Source: Vulcanimicrobiota bacterium (GTDB lineage Bacteria > Vulcanimicrobiota > Vulcanimicrobiia > Vulcanimicrobiales > Vulcanimicrobiaceae). Taken from it: a DNA stretch of 64,000 nucleotides. Shown piece after piece: positions 53,887-64,000 of this stretch (within the stretch, counting starts at the first letter, position 1; each line of letters starts with the position of its first letter). The stretch lies in assembly GCA_963723515.1 (NCBI GenBank), contig CAVRQT010000003.1:544001-608000 (forward strand). The letters are read 5' to 3'. A program made the translations under genes and the position numbers. The notes under the pieces were generated by a model. The model was not told the origin of the DNA and did no database searches. It worked only from the letters and a program-made list of their open reading frames with translations.

Positions 53887-54993
53887 TCACGTCATGCGAC
53901 TGAGATAATAACGATCGAACGCGTGCAGCAGCCCTTCTTGAGCGGCATAGGGGCCGGGCGTATAGGCACGCGAGCTGACACCCTGTTGGGTCAACTCGTT
54001 CACGTGCCAATCTTGGCGGTTCGTGAGATCCCAAAACTCCACCACATCCGAGGCGTCGAAGCCGGCACGGTCTAGTTCGTCCGGCGCGAACAGCCATTCG
54101 CAAACGATTTTCGTGCGATCATTTGCAAGAGGTGTGACGTAATGCGCCATCGCGTAATCCGGATGTAAGCTCAAGAGCAGCGAGGGGAAGATCGTGTAGT
54201 AGTATGTGCGCTGCAATTCATCGCCGCTTACGGTTGCAAGCGGCTTTCGCCGGCTCGTGCCGCTCACCGTTAAGCTCTTTCCGTCGCGCAGCAGGGAGTA
54301 GCCGCCCAAGAACGGTCCATCCGTAAAGTCGTTTCGGCCGCTCTCCGACGGCGAGAGCTTTTCAAGTTGCGGATGAAGCACGGGGCAGTGGTAGCACTCG
54401 GAGTAGTTCTGAAAGATCAGCTTCCAATTGGCAGCGACGTCATATTCGATTCGCCTTGCCGCGCGTAAGTCAGGCAACGCCCAAGCGGTAAACCGGCCGT
54501 CGAGTGGTGCAAAGTTTTGAGCCGCCGACGGCCCTGCTTCATCTAAGCAAACAAAAATGAAGCCTTCGAAAACGCCGAGGGACGCCTCTTGCAACGGATA
54601 TTCCGCGCGCTCAAAATTGGCGGCGCCTTCCATATTTCGCGCTACGAGCAGTGAACCGTCCAGCGCGTAGGTCCATGCATGATACGGGCATTGAATCGTC
54701 TTTCGAAAACGGCCCGCAGCCTCTGTGCAAAGTCGCGTTCCGCGATGCCGGCAAACGTTGTAAAAAGCGTGAAGACGGCCGGACGCATCGCGCGTGATGA
54801 TGAGGCTTTCGCCGGCAAGGTCCAGCAGAAAGTAGTCGCCTGGATTTGGCAGCTGCTCCTCACGCCCGGCGGCGACCCACGAGCGCGAGAAAACTCGCTC
54901 TTGCTCCTGTTCGAAGACCACGGGCGAGGTATACCAGCGAGCGTCGAGCGTCTTGGCTCCGGCTTGGTTTGTGGGCGGCGTGAACGTACGCAT
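53887..54993 (-). CDS. Rieske oxygenase alpha subunit (GbcA/choline monooxygenase-like)
   Basis: NVCRHRG...CPYHAW, ANWK, ECYHCPVLHP, QD; ATG 54993. Confidence 0.92.
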   Translation of the reverse strand: MRTFTPPTNQAGAKTLDARWYTSPVVFEQEQERVFSRSWVAAGREEQLPNPGDYFLLDLAGESLIITRDASGRLHAFYNVCRHRGTRLCTEAAGRFRKTIQCPYHAWTYALDGSLLVARNMEGAANFERAEYPLQEASLGVFEGFIFVCLDEAGPSAAQNFAPLDGRFTAWALPDLRAARRIEYDVAANWKLIFQNYSECYHCPVLHPQLEKLSPSESGRNDFTDGPFLGGYSLLRDGKSLTVSGTSRRKPLATVSGDELQRTYYYTIFPSLLLSLHPDYAMAHYVTPLANDRTKIVCEWLFAPDELDRAGFDASDVVEFWDLTNRQDWHVNELTQQGVSSRAYTPGPYAAQEGLLHAFDRYYLSRMT

Positions 54994-54998
54994 CTTCG

Positions 54999-55877
54999 TT
55001 ATGGCGTTGGCGATGCTGTTGGCGAAAGCGCTTCTGCAGCCGTGCGCGCGGGCTGCGAGGACGAACCGCGAGCATGCGGTCCGATTTTCCAAAGCATGAT
55101 CGCGGCTTGAGCGCGTGTCAGCGTTGCCTTCGGGTGAAACATGGCGATTGCGCCAAACGCTCTTGGGACGTTGTCGACCCGCATCTCTGAGTGGTCCCTA
55201 TTGTTGCGATCGTCCCACTGGCCTGTCGCGATTGCGCCGACGTACTCAGGTGAGATGTCGTGCTTGTCTTTCCAATCCGGCAGATTATAGTAACCGTACG
55301 TCGGCTGGGCTTTGTTTATAACGAAATCTTTATCGACTCCGCCGCGATCGAGCGCAGATTTGATGGCGACGGCCTGCTCGTGCGTGATCGGAATATCGGG
55401 GCGAAACGTCTTGTCGGGAAAGCCAACCGAAATGCCTGCGTCTTGCATGCCTTCGATGTATTGGAAATCAGGATCGCTCGTCTTCACATCGGTGAAGCTC
55501 GACGGAACGCCCTGCGCGGGGTGAATTAAGTTGTTCGGATCGTTGGCCCAGATTGCGTTGTTCGCGTTGAAGAGCCAGCGTACGAACTCGCGGCGCAAGA
55601 TCGGCTTTGCCGGGTCGAAATGGCCCGTTGGCTGGCCGAAGACGTCGAGTGAAGCAAGCTGTTTGATCTGATCGGCTCCAAAAATGCCGTTGATGTCATC
55701 GTAAGAAACGGTCAACGCTGAGGGAGCTGCGTTAGGCGTCGCTCCCGATGGTTGCGCAGTTGACGCTTGTTCAGGCGATGCACCGGTTGGCGCCTCAGTG
55801 GCGGTCGTGCTCGCGGAACGGTTTGAACAAGCGCTCAGTAACAGTGCGGCGGCGAATATAAAGGCAACGTACTTCAT
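54999..55877 (-). CDS. S-layer homology (SLH) domain lipoprotein
   Basis: Lipobox LSAC, FTDV, GFPDKTFRPD.PIT, TRAQAA; GGAGG RBS. Confidence 0.85.
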   Translation of the reverse strand: MKYVAFIFAAALLLSACSNRSASTTATEAPTGASPEQASTAQPSGATPNAAPSALTVSYDDINGIFGADQIKQLASLDVFGQPTGHFDPAKPILRREFVRWLFNANNAIWANDPNNLIHPAQGVPSSFTDVKTSDPDFQYIEGMQDAGISVGFPDKTFRPDIPITHEQAVAIKSALDRGGVDKDFVINKAQPTYGYYNLPDWKDKHDISPEYVGAIATGQWDDRNNRDHSEMRVDNVPRAFGAIAMFHPKATLTRAQAAIMLWKIGPHARGSSSQPARTAAEALSPTASPTP

Positions 55878-55937
55878 TGATCCTCCGGCGGCAATGTATT
55901 ATCGCTAGAGGTATCTAATGCGGGAGTCGCTTCCCTG

Positions 55938-56573
55938 CTATTGCACCTTAACGAGGTTCGGGAACCGTTTGTGCAGCGCTTCAACCTTCGGTTTATCGTT
56001 GTAGACGATATAAGGATTATCCGGATTATGTTGCATGAAGTGCTGGTGGTAGGCCTCAGCCGGATAGAATCCCTGAAGCGCTTCTATCTTCGTAACGATT
56101 GCATTCCTGAACGCCTTGCGAGCCGTTAGCTGCGCAATGTACGCGAGCGACTCCGCCCGTTGTGCGCCGGTCGTGTAGAAGATCTCCGAGCGGTATTGCG
56201 AGCCTTCATCTGGCCCTTGACGGTTCAGTTGCGTCGGATCATGCGCGACTAAGAAATAGACGTCCAGAAGTTGCCTGAAGGAGATCTTCGCCGGGTCATA
56301 CGTGATATCGACTGATTCGGCGTGTCCCGTTAAGCCGGTGCTGACGGTCTCATAGTGAGCCGTCGGCTTGCTGCCGCCGGCGTAGCCCGAGACGACATTC
56401 GAGACGCCTTTGAGTTGTTCGAAGACGCCCTCCATTCCCCAGAAACATCCGCCGGCCAAGACGACGTGCTGCTCGGAAGCTGCTTGTGCAATGGCCGTGG
56501 CAGATGGCGGCATCCCGACCGCAAAGGCGAGACCGGCGATCAAGGCAAGAAAACGGTGCATCGATTTATTCAT
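55938..56573 (-). CDS. msrA: Peptide-methionine (S)-S-oxide reductase with a signal peptide
   Basis: GGCFWG, SGYAGG, GHAE, HDPT..NRQGPD.G.QYRS, AEAYHQ. Confidence 0.95.
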   Translation of the reverse strand: MNKSMHRFLALIAGLAFAVGMPPSATAIAQAASEQHVVLAGGCFWGMEGVFEQLKGVSNVVSGYAGGSKPTAHYETVSTGLTGHAESVDITYDPAKISFRQLLDVYFLVAHDPTQLNRQGPDEGSQYRSEIFYTTGAQRAESLAYIAQLTARKAFRNAIVTKIEALQGFYPAEAYHQHFMQHNPDNPYIVYNDKPKVEALHKRFPNLVKVQ

Positions 56574-56616
56574 CTCGCTATTTCTAACGCCGGCCAAGCG
56601 GTTTTAGATGCATGGA

Positions 56617-57159
56617 TTACAGCGTCTTAATGATTCCCATTAACTTGAGCACCGTATTCCAATTCCGAGCCGTGCCACGCGTGTCGAGCTTTCGCTCGAT
56701 CAAGTTGGACGAAAGCCTTGAGTTGCCCACGCCGTCCGGATAATAGAGGTAGGCGGTGTCCCCGTTGACACTAACCCGTTCGCGTGCCGGAATCGCTGCC
56801 GTCAGAGCATCAATAGCCGCCGGCGACGGCGAGCTTCTCAAGAAGCAGAGCAACAAGTGGCTCGGATCGGCCTTGGCTTCGTTCGGAAAAGGATTGCCCT
56901 CAATTGCTTTATTCAATTGCCTTTGCGAACGCACGATGCAGTCGACCGGCATCCGGAACCGTTCCACTATGACTCTTGCCAGCGTTTCCTCGAGTTTGCG
57001 AGGCGTGCTGCCTGTAAATCCGAAGACGACGTTGCCGCTTTGCAACAGCGTTTGCGCCGGCCCGAGACCAGCCTCGTCAAAAAGCTTGCGCAGTTCGGCC
57101 ATCGCGACCATCTTGCGTCCTGCAAGATTGACGCCGCGCAGCAGTGCAACATAGAGCAT
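56617..57159 (-). CDS. DUF1697 family protein
   Basis: YVALLRGVN, LQSGNVVF, NPF, TARNWNTV. Confidence 0.9.
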   Translation of the reverse strand: MLYVALLRGVNLAGRKMVAMAELRKLFDEAGLGPAQTLLQSGNVVFGFTGSTPRKLEETLARVIVERFRMPVDCIVRSQRQLNKAIEGNPFPNEAKADPSHLLLCFLRSSPSPAAIDALTAAIPARERVSVNGDTAYLYYPDGVGNSRLSSNLIERKLDTRGTARNWNTVLKLMGIIKTL

Positions 57160-57329
57160 AGGGTTTGATGTGCTCCCTCGGCAGATCGCGACCTGTCAAA
57201 GACTGGGCGAGGACGCAAGAAGAGCGGGGCACGCAAGAAATCGAGCGGCCGTAGAAAATCGGCTGTTGGTGGACGCAAGACGGGCGATGCAAGCAGCCGC
57301 TAAAAGCCGCTTAGATGGCGCTTAGCAAT

Positions 57330-58511
57330 ATGCTGGCGCTGACCGGAGCGACGATCTTTGCGAGCCCGACTGCGAGAGCGGTCAAGAATAGTATGGTTCT
57401 CATCGATGGCGAGAAGATCATCGCCGTTGAGACAGCCGACGGGCGGATTGTCCCAGACGAATGCCGCGTCATCGATTGCACCGGCAATACGATCACGGCA
57501 GGCTTCTGGAATTCGCACGTTCATTTCTTTGAGCGAAAGTGGGCCGACATTCCGGCGATTCCGCCGCAAGAGCTCACGGCGCAGCTTTGCGATATGTCGA
57601 CGCGCTTCGGATTTACGAGCGTTTTCGACATCGGGTCTATGTGGGAAAACACCCGACGCTTGCGAGATCGCATCGAAAGCGGTGAAGTTTGCGGGCCTCG
57701 AATCTACTCGACCGGTGAAGGGCTGCTGCCGCCGAATGCGTTGCCCGAAGAAGCGGTACTCCGAACGATGGGCGTAATGAATTTCCCAGCGCCGGAGATT
57801 TCGTCCGCGTCGGGGGCGGCCTCGGCTGCTGCACGGTTAATCGCCGCGGGGGTTGACGCAATTAAGATTTTCGCATCGTCGCCGCGCAGCGAGCCGCTCA
57901 CGGAAGATGCAATGCGTGCGGCCGTCGTTGAAGCGCATCGCGCTGAAAAACCGGCTTTCGTCCATCCAAATAGCGCTGACGACGTAAAGCGCGCGCTGAA
58001 TGCCGGTGCTGATGTTGTTGCGCACACGACGCCAACGTCTGGTGCCTGGAGTGAGAGCCTCATGAAGGCAGCGAATGAGCATAAGGCCGCGCTGACGCCG
58101 ACATTGATGCTCTGGAAACAATTTCTGCGACACGACCGTCGCTCGATGCAAGAGCCGGTTAGGGAAACAGCCATCGCTCAACTGAAAGCATGGCGCGAAG
58201 CAGGAGCAAGTGTTCTTTTTGGTACGGATCTTGGAGCCGTTGACTACGATCCGACGGACGAGTATCTCATGATGGCGCAGGCCGGCATGGGGTTTGAAGA
58301 CATTCTCGCGTCATTGACGACGGTGCCGTCGGAACGGTTCAGCAGTCCATCGCAGAGTGGAAGAATCGCCGCAGATGCGCAGGCCGATCTGGTCGTGCTC
58401 AAGCGTGATCCTTTGCTGGATATCGCGGCCTTGAGCGACGTTCGCTTTACGTTACGCGCGGGCCGTGTCGTCTACAGCGATGCCGAGGAAGACGCTCAGC
58501 GCTATGCATGA
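57330..58511 (+). CDS. Amidohydrolase family protein
   Basis: AGFWNSHVH, GFTSV.D.G, IKIF, VH, AH, FGTD, ADLVVL..DP. Confidence 0.88.
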   Translation: MLALTGATIFASPTARAVKNSMVLIDGEKIIAVETADGRIVPDECRVIDCTGNTITAGFWNSHVHFFERKWADIPAIPPQELTAQLCDMSTRFGFTSVFDIGSMWENTRRLRDRIESGEVCGPRIYSTGEGLLPPNALPEEAVLRTMGVMNFPAPEISSASGAASAAARLIAAGVDAIKIFASSPRSEPLTEDAMRAAVVEAHRAEKPAFVHPNSADDVKRALNAGADVVAHTTPTSGAWSESLMKAANEHKAALTPTLMLWKQFLRHDRRSMQEPVRETAIAQLKAWREAGASVLFGTDLGAVDYDPTDEYLMMAQAGMGFEDILASLTTVPSERFSSPSQSGRIAADAQADLVVLKRDPLLDIAALSDVRFTLRAGRVVYSDAEEDAQRYA

Positions 58512-59839
58512 GGCGGCCATGGCCGGGCGCATCCAGTTTGCGTTCACGATTATGTTTCACTATCTCTTTCCGATTGGGACGATGGGCTTGGCGCCGTTCA
58601 TCGCTTGGTACACCGCCAAAGGAATAAAGGGAGACGACGTTGCGATGCGCGCCGCCCGATTCCTTACGAAGATCTTTGCGATCAATTTCGCAATCGGCGT
58701 CGTGACGGGCATCCCGATGGAATTTCAGTTCGGGACCAATTGGGCTGCATTCGCCGCGCGGGTCGGGGGCCGTCGTTGGTCAGACGCTCGCAATGGAAAG
58801 CGTCTTTGCGTTCTTGCTCGAGTCCGTGTTCCTCGGCGTTTTCTTGTACGGCCGCCGGTATGTGTCGCCAGGGTTTTACGCGTTCTCGGCGTTCGCCGTG
58901 TGGGCGGGGTCCTGGCTTTCCGGTTTCTTCATTGTTGCTACGAACGCGTGGATGCAGCATCCGGTCGGTTATGCTATCGCTCGCGGCGGCACGATCGAAC
59001 TCCGTTCCATCGGCGACGTGCTGCTCTCATCGTTTGCGTGGTGGGAGTACTTACACGTCATGACCGGCGCTCTGCTTGCCGGTTCCTTCGTCGTGGCCGG
59101 AATAGGTGCGTACTACTTGCTGGCCGGTCGATTCGAAAACTTTGGGATGCGGTTCGTGCGGGCGGGGGCGATCGTCGGGCTAATGACGTCGCTCATCGCG
59201 GTCTTTCCGACAGGCGACCGCAACAGCGCCAACGTGACGCAATATCAGCCGGTGAAGCTCGCCGCGATGGAAGGGCTGTTCGTCTCAAAAGTGGGCGCGC
59301 CGCTTGCGATCATCGGAATGCCCGATGTGCAGCACGAAACGTTGATCGATCCGATCTACGTGCCGTCGTTGCTGAGCTTTCTCGCCTACGGAAATGTTCG
59401 CGCCAATGTGCGTGGCTTAACAGAGTACTCGCAAGATGTTCGGCCGCCGATTGAACTGACGTATTATGCTTACCACGTCATGGTCGGCCTCGGCACGATC
59501 TTCGTCGCGCTTACGGCGCTTGCCGTCTTGCTTCTCCTCTTCCGCAGATTGTACAGCGCTCGTTGGCTGCTGTGGCTCTTGATGCTCGCGATGCCGTTTC
59601 CGTATATCGCAAATGAGGCGGGTTGGATGGTCACCGAAGTTGGCCGTCAGCCGTGGATCGTCTATGGTTTGATGCGCACGGCACAAGCCGCTTCGCCAAA
59701 CGTCGCATCCGGCGAGACGATCTTCACGACGATCGGCTTTGCCGGCATGTACTTCTTGCTCGGAGTGCTGTTCTTGCTCCTGATCTTGCGCGAGATCGCG
59801 ATTGGGCCCGCAGAGCTCGCCGTCGTGCCGGCCACATGA
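58504..59839 (+). CDS. cydA: Cytochrome bd oxidase subunit I (short Q-loop); one frameshift near 58770
   Basis: RIQFAFTIMFHYLF, GVVTGIPMEFQFGTNW, then LAMES.FAF.LES, NAWMQHP, QPVKLAAMEG, EVGRQPW in the next frame. Confidence 0.92.
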
Positions 59840-60825
59840 ACGTCGCCGCCTTCGTTTTGTTAGCGGGAACACTCGCCGGCTTTGTGATTCTTGACGGCTA
59901 CGACTTGGGGATGGGAGCGATTCACTTATTTTATGCACGAACGCAAGAGGAGCGTGCAGCGTCGTTTCGGGCGATCGGTCCGTTTTGGAGCGGGAACGAA
60001 GTGCTGTTGATCGCTGCAGGCGCGATCTTGTTCGCGCTCTTTCCAAAGGTTTACGCGGTTTCTTTTAGCGGTTTCTATTTGCCGTTTATGGTGCTCTTGT
60101 GGTTGCTGATGGTGCGCGGAGTGTCGATCGAATTACGCGGGCATCTAAAGAGCGCGTTATGGTATGGCTTTTGGGATGTGGCGTTTTCGGTTTCCAGCAT
60201 TCTTTTGGCGTTGATTCTCGGAGTAGCGCTTGGCAATGTCCTGCGCGGCGTGCCGCTGCAGGCTCAGGGATATTTCGCCGGCAGCTTCAGCCTGCTGCTT
60301 AACGGCTACGCGTTGCTCGTTGGTGTCTTCGCGCTGATTGCTCTGGCGATGCATGGCTCGGCGTTCGCAATCTGGCGAGTAGGAGACGAGCTTCGCATGC
60401 GCGCTCAGAAGGCGTTCCCTTCACTGTGGGTATTGACGCTGATTCTGCTCATCATCGTCACCGTCTTGACTTTAAGATTGCGAGCCGTATCGGTAAGCCC
60501 AGCTCTGTTGCTCGCCCCTGCCGCCGCGCTGATCTCCCTCGTTATGGCTCGATTTCTGCCACGAGCCGACCTTCGATTCAGCTGCACGACCGTATTCTTG
60601 TTTGCGGTAATGGCTTGCGCCGCGCAGACGCTCTACCCGTACCTGCTGCCGGCATTTCCACTTGGCACGGGCGGACTAACGATCTTCAACAGCGCTCCGG
60701 CGGGCGCTTCAATTTCGACCGCCTTCACGGCCGGTGTTATTGGGATTGGTGCCGCGTTAGTCTACGCGACGCTCGCGGCCCGGCGAATCCTGAAAAACGC
60801 CGCAAGCGACGTTCCTCTCAATTAG
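59836..60825 (+). CDS. cydB: Cytochrome bd oxidase subunit II
   Basis: LDGYDLG, IGPFWSGNEV, FSGFY, RGVSIELR; ATGA overlap with cydA. Confidence 0.93.
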   Translation: MNVAAFVLLAGTLAGFVILDGYDLGMGAIHLFYARTQEERAASFRAIGPFWSGNEVLLIAAGAILFALFPKVYAVSFSGFYLPFMVLLWLLMVRGVSIELRGHLKSALWYGFWDVAFSVSSILLALILGVALGNVLRGVPLQAQGYFAGSFSLLLNGYALLVGVFALIALAMHGSAFAIWRVGDELRMRAQKAFPSLWVLTLILLIIVTVLTLRLRAVSVSPALLLAPAAALISLVMARFLPRADLRFSCTTVFLFAVMACAAQTLYPYLLPAFPLGTGGLTIFNSAPAGASISTAFTAGVIGIGAALVYATLAARRILKNAASDVPLN

Positions 60826-61055
60826 GGGCGCCGCTTTCCGGCTGCGAGCATGGCGCAGGCTCGCTCGATTCGGCGGCTGCGCGTCTCCGCTTGTTTAGCG
60901 CCATTGATCCAACTGATGAAGTCCCGCCGCGCGATTGGCGTGAGATTGCTCCATTTAGCTTTTGCTATCGGCGCACGCGCGAGCGCTTTGCGAAGATCGG
61001 AGGGGGTTGGGGATCGTGATTCCGCTTCAGCCGCGTTCTGATACACTTTCTTCAT
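60822..61055 (-). CDS. YdeI/OmpD-associated family small protein
   Basis: PSDLRKAL, LTP..RRDFISWI..AKQAETR.RRIE. Confidence 0.82.
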   Translation of the reverse strand: MKKVYQNAAEAESRSPTPSDLRKALARAPIAKAKWSNLTPIARRDFISWINGAKQAETRSRRIERACAMLAAGKRRP

Positions 61056-61102
61056 TCTTCAGAATTAAATAGTTATCGACGGAGCGGCGGCTCGGAGCGT
61101 GA

Positions 61103-62067
61103 TCAAGGTGCGGTTATCCTGAGCTGATTCAGAGCCGTAACGATGGCGTCGGCAAGGCGATTGTCCCCATGGCCGGCATCCACCACGCGGAGCTCGCTCC
61201 CCTGCCACCGCTTATGGAGGCGCCAGGCAGTTTCCAACGGGCTGCTAACGTCGTAACGCCCGTGAAGAAGGAAGCCGGGGATCGTACTTAGCGTCGGGGC
61301 ATTGCGTAAGAGTTGATCATCGTCCAAAAACGCGGAATGTTTCCAGTAATGAGTTACGATTCGCGCAAAACGCAAACAAAATTCCGGATCCTCGAAACGA
61401 CGATTTGGCGTATGGTCTGGAATCAGGGAAACGTGCGCCTCTTCCCACGCACACCATTCCATTGCGGCGGCTACACAAGCGGAACGATCGCTATTGAACA
61501 ACAGCGAGTAATAGGCATCGACGATACGCATATGCTGGAGCGATAATGGAATGTGAGAGATAAAGCGTTCCCACTGCTGGGGAAAGATGCGGCCGACGTC
61601 GCGCGTAATCCAGTCTATCTCGCGGCGGGTCGTCGTGGTGACGCCGCCCAAAACTATTGCAGCGACACGTCTGGGATAGGCCTCCGCATACGCAAGTGCG
61701 AGCGTGCTGCCCAGGAAACCCCGAGCATGTGCCAGCGGTCGATGGAAAGATGTCCGCGGATCAGCTCCAGATCATGTATAAGGTCTTGAGTCGAATTCGT
61801 CCGAAGTTGCGATCGATCAGTTACTAGCGGTCTGCTTCGTCCACAGCCCCGCTGATCAAACAAGATGACATTATAAGCTTCTGGGTCGAAAAGCAGCGGG
61901 CGCGCCATGTGCTGCCGGAGCCTGGTCCTCCGTGGAGGTATACCGCTCGGCTTACCCTTCGGATTGCCGCAACGCTCCCAATAGATTGAGTTGCCATCCC
62001 CAACGTCAAGCAGGCCTTGGTCGAATGGATCTATGTCGGCGTAGGCCATTTGTTTAGAGTTGGCCAT
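61103..62067 (-). pseudogene. pip: Proline iminopeptidase with three indels; pseudogene or sequence error
   Basis: GNP.G, LHGGPGSG, FDQRGCGRS, GVSW(G)STLALAYA, HGRYD, AGH, spread over several frames (shifts near 61946, 61900 and 61710). Confidence 0.82.
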
Positions 62068-62218
62068 GCGAGGCGAATTGTCCGCACCCTCTGGGACAAA
62101 TCGACGCGCGTTGGCTCAATAGGAGTGGACGAGCTGCGCGCAAGTTGTCGCGCGCGGCATTTGAGGCTACGGGAAGCCAAAGACGAAGCGAAGACGCATC
62201 GCGTATGCAACGGCGCTT

Positions 62219-64000
62219 TTAGCTGCAGCCGCTTGTCGCCCCGCAACTATCGCACTTTAGGCACGTCCCGTTGCGCACGAGCGTGAATTGGCCGCACTCG
62301 TTGCACGGATCACCGCAGTAGCCTTTGGCCACCGCAACACGTTGCAGCATGCTTTGACCGACCGTGACGGATCCTTGATGGCTTCCGTTTCCGCGCTTTG
62401 GCCCCGCTTGACCGTTCTCGTCGGTAACACTGTTCCGAAATGCGCGGCGGCTCAACCGGCACTCCCGGGATGCAAATGCGTGCTCGTGGGATGCAGTTTT
62501 TCTTGCACGGCCGACTGCTGCGGATCGACGTAATGGATGTCGTCGCTCTCTTCCTCCGCTTCGTATTCCGGCTCCACGCCCATGGCGTCGACATCCATGC
62601 TCGGCTGCACTTGAGCGAGTTCGTAACGGCCGAGATAACTGACGGCCAACTCGCGGAAGATGTAGTCGAGGATCGACGTTGCCATCTTGATGTTTTCGTG
62701 TCCGACGACGGGGCCGTTCGGCTCGAAACGCGTGAACGTGAACGCCTCGACGTATTCCTCGAGCGGCACACCGTGTTGGAGCCCTAAGCTGAATCGCGAT
62801 CGCGAAATTGTTCATGAGCGAGCGGAAAGCGGCGCCTTCTTTGTGCATGTCGATGAAGATCTCGCCGAGCGTGCCGTCTTCGTACTCACCCGTGCGCAGA
62901 TAGACTTTGTGTCCGCCGACGACGGCCTTCTGCGTGTAGCCGCTGCGCCGGTGCGGCATGCGGCGGCGCTTCGCGATGTAGCGGTACACGATGCGTTTCG
63001 GCGATTTGCATCGGCGTTTGATACGGTTGGACGCGGTTTCATTGCTCCGCCGTCGACCCCGACATCGTAACTCGCTGCTAGAGGTTGCGAAAGCTTGCTA
63101 CCGTCGCGATAGAGCGCAACGGCCTTGATCATGCGCTCCCAGCTATAGCGATAGGCGTCTTTGACATCTGCAATCGTCGCGGTCTGCGGAAGGTTGATCG
63201 TTTTTGAGATAGCGCCCGAGATAAACGGTTGCGCCGCAGCCATCATGTCGACGTGCGCTAGCGGACGAATGTACCGCGAGCCGTGTTTTCCGCAGGGCGT
63301 CGCACAGTCGAAGACTGCAAGGTGCTCGTCACGTGAGATGCGGTGCGCCTTCGAGCGTCATCCGCCCGCAAATGACATCCGACGCCTCATCGATCTGCTG
63401 CCCGGTGAAGCCCGAGCGCATCTCGCAGGATCGAATAGTTTGGTCGGCGAGTTCTTCTTCGGTCATGCCCAGAGTTTCGCGGCAGAATTCATCGCCCAGA
63501 CACGAAGCGATTGAAGACAAACGGCAGCTCGAAAGCGCTGACAAGCCGCTCTTCGATTTTCGCGAGCGCCTCGTCGTCGAAACCCCTTGCTCGTAGCGTC
63601 GCGGCGATTGATGTGCGGCGCGCCCTCGAGCGTGCCGTTCCCTTCGCGAACGTTTCGATGTCGCGAATCTGCGCGTCGTTGTAGCCAAGTTTACGTAGTG
63701 CTGCTTCGACGGACTGGTTGACGATCTTAAAGTGGCCGCCGCCGGCTAGCTTCTTGAATTTAACGAGCGCGAAGTCGGGCTCGATACCGGTCGTATCGCA
63801 GTCCATCACCAGGGCGATTGTGTTGTGTGAAATGAAGCCGTTAGCAAGTACGTCAGATTTGCTGGCACTGAGAGATCGTAGGTAAGTTGTTCGCCGCCAT
63901 CTTCGTTGCTAACAATCGCGTCATAATAAAAATCAAGCGCGCAGGCTAAGCGATCGTCGCATGTAGTCTTCTGAGAAGTTGCGTGGCTAGGTTGCGTGAG
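62219..64000 (-). CDS. nrdJ: Class II (adenosylcobalamin-dependent) ribonucleotide reductase, 3' part; multiply frameshifted, intein-containing, partial
   Basis: [57 protein letters not shown]-terminal CNECG...[14 protein letters not shown]. Confidence 0.9.
63822..64000 (-). mobile_element. Intein C-terminal splicing region in NrdJ (partial)
   Basis: ..[24 protein letters not shown] directly followed by Thr of [12 protein letters not shown] (intein blocks F and G, penultimate His, terminal Asn, +1 Thr). Confidence 0.88.

Noticed and set aside
58760..58780. Programmed frameshift in cydA, ltaE or the M56 gene
   Set aside because: There is no slippery heptamer or stimulatory structure, and many other indels in the window make sequence error more parsimonious.
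62068..62218. ncRNA between nrdJ and pip
   Set aside because: Only two short GC-rich hairpins without a T-tract or recognisable family motif.

Overview
This is a GC-rich, gene-dense bacterial chromosomal segment. The mix of a TonB-dependent-receptor-like protein, an SLH lipoprotein, an MsbA-like exporter, MutS2 and Terrabacteria-type rpoB/rpoC suggests a diderm Terrabacteria lineage such as Ca. Eremiobacterota (inference only). Most genes are housekeeping: lysA, rlmD-gatCAB-mutS2-tyrS, hslO, aroQ, HU, tRNA-Pro(GGG), msrA/msrB, RNase HI, rpoB, rpoC, cydAB and a class II ribonucleotide reductase. Envelope and stress genes are interspersed. The most notable features are: (1) rpoB and rpoC are split by about 7.3 kb, and each has its own sigma70 promoter, structured leader and terminator; the rpoB leader can fold as a terminator/antiterminator switch; (2) several genes appear to start at non-canonical codons (CTA, GTA, CTG) overlapping the upstream stop codon; (3) a very acidic 65-aa peptide lies next to a divergent PLP fold-III decarboxylase; (4) a BlaI / M56-pentapeptide-repeat sensor has twin operators flanking a near-consensus promoter; (5) a Rieske oxygenase-small protein-ProDH-DapA-like cluster; (6) the C-terminal end of an intein in the RNR at the right edge. 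Many single-base frameshifts (18.5-21.3 kb, 29.2 kb, 58.8 kb, 61.7-64 kb) are probably consensus errors. No CRISPR array, rRNA, integrase or transposase was seen.
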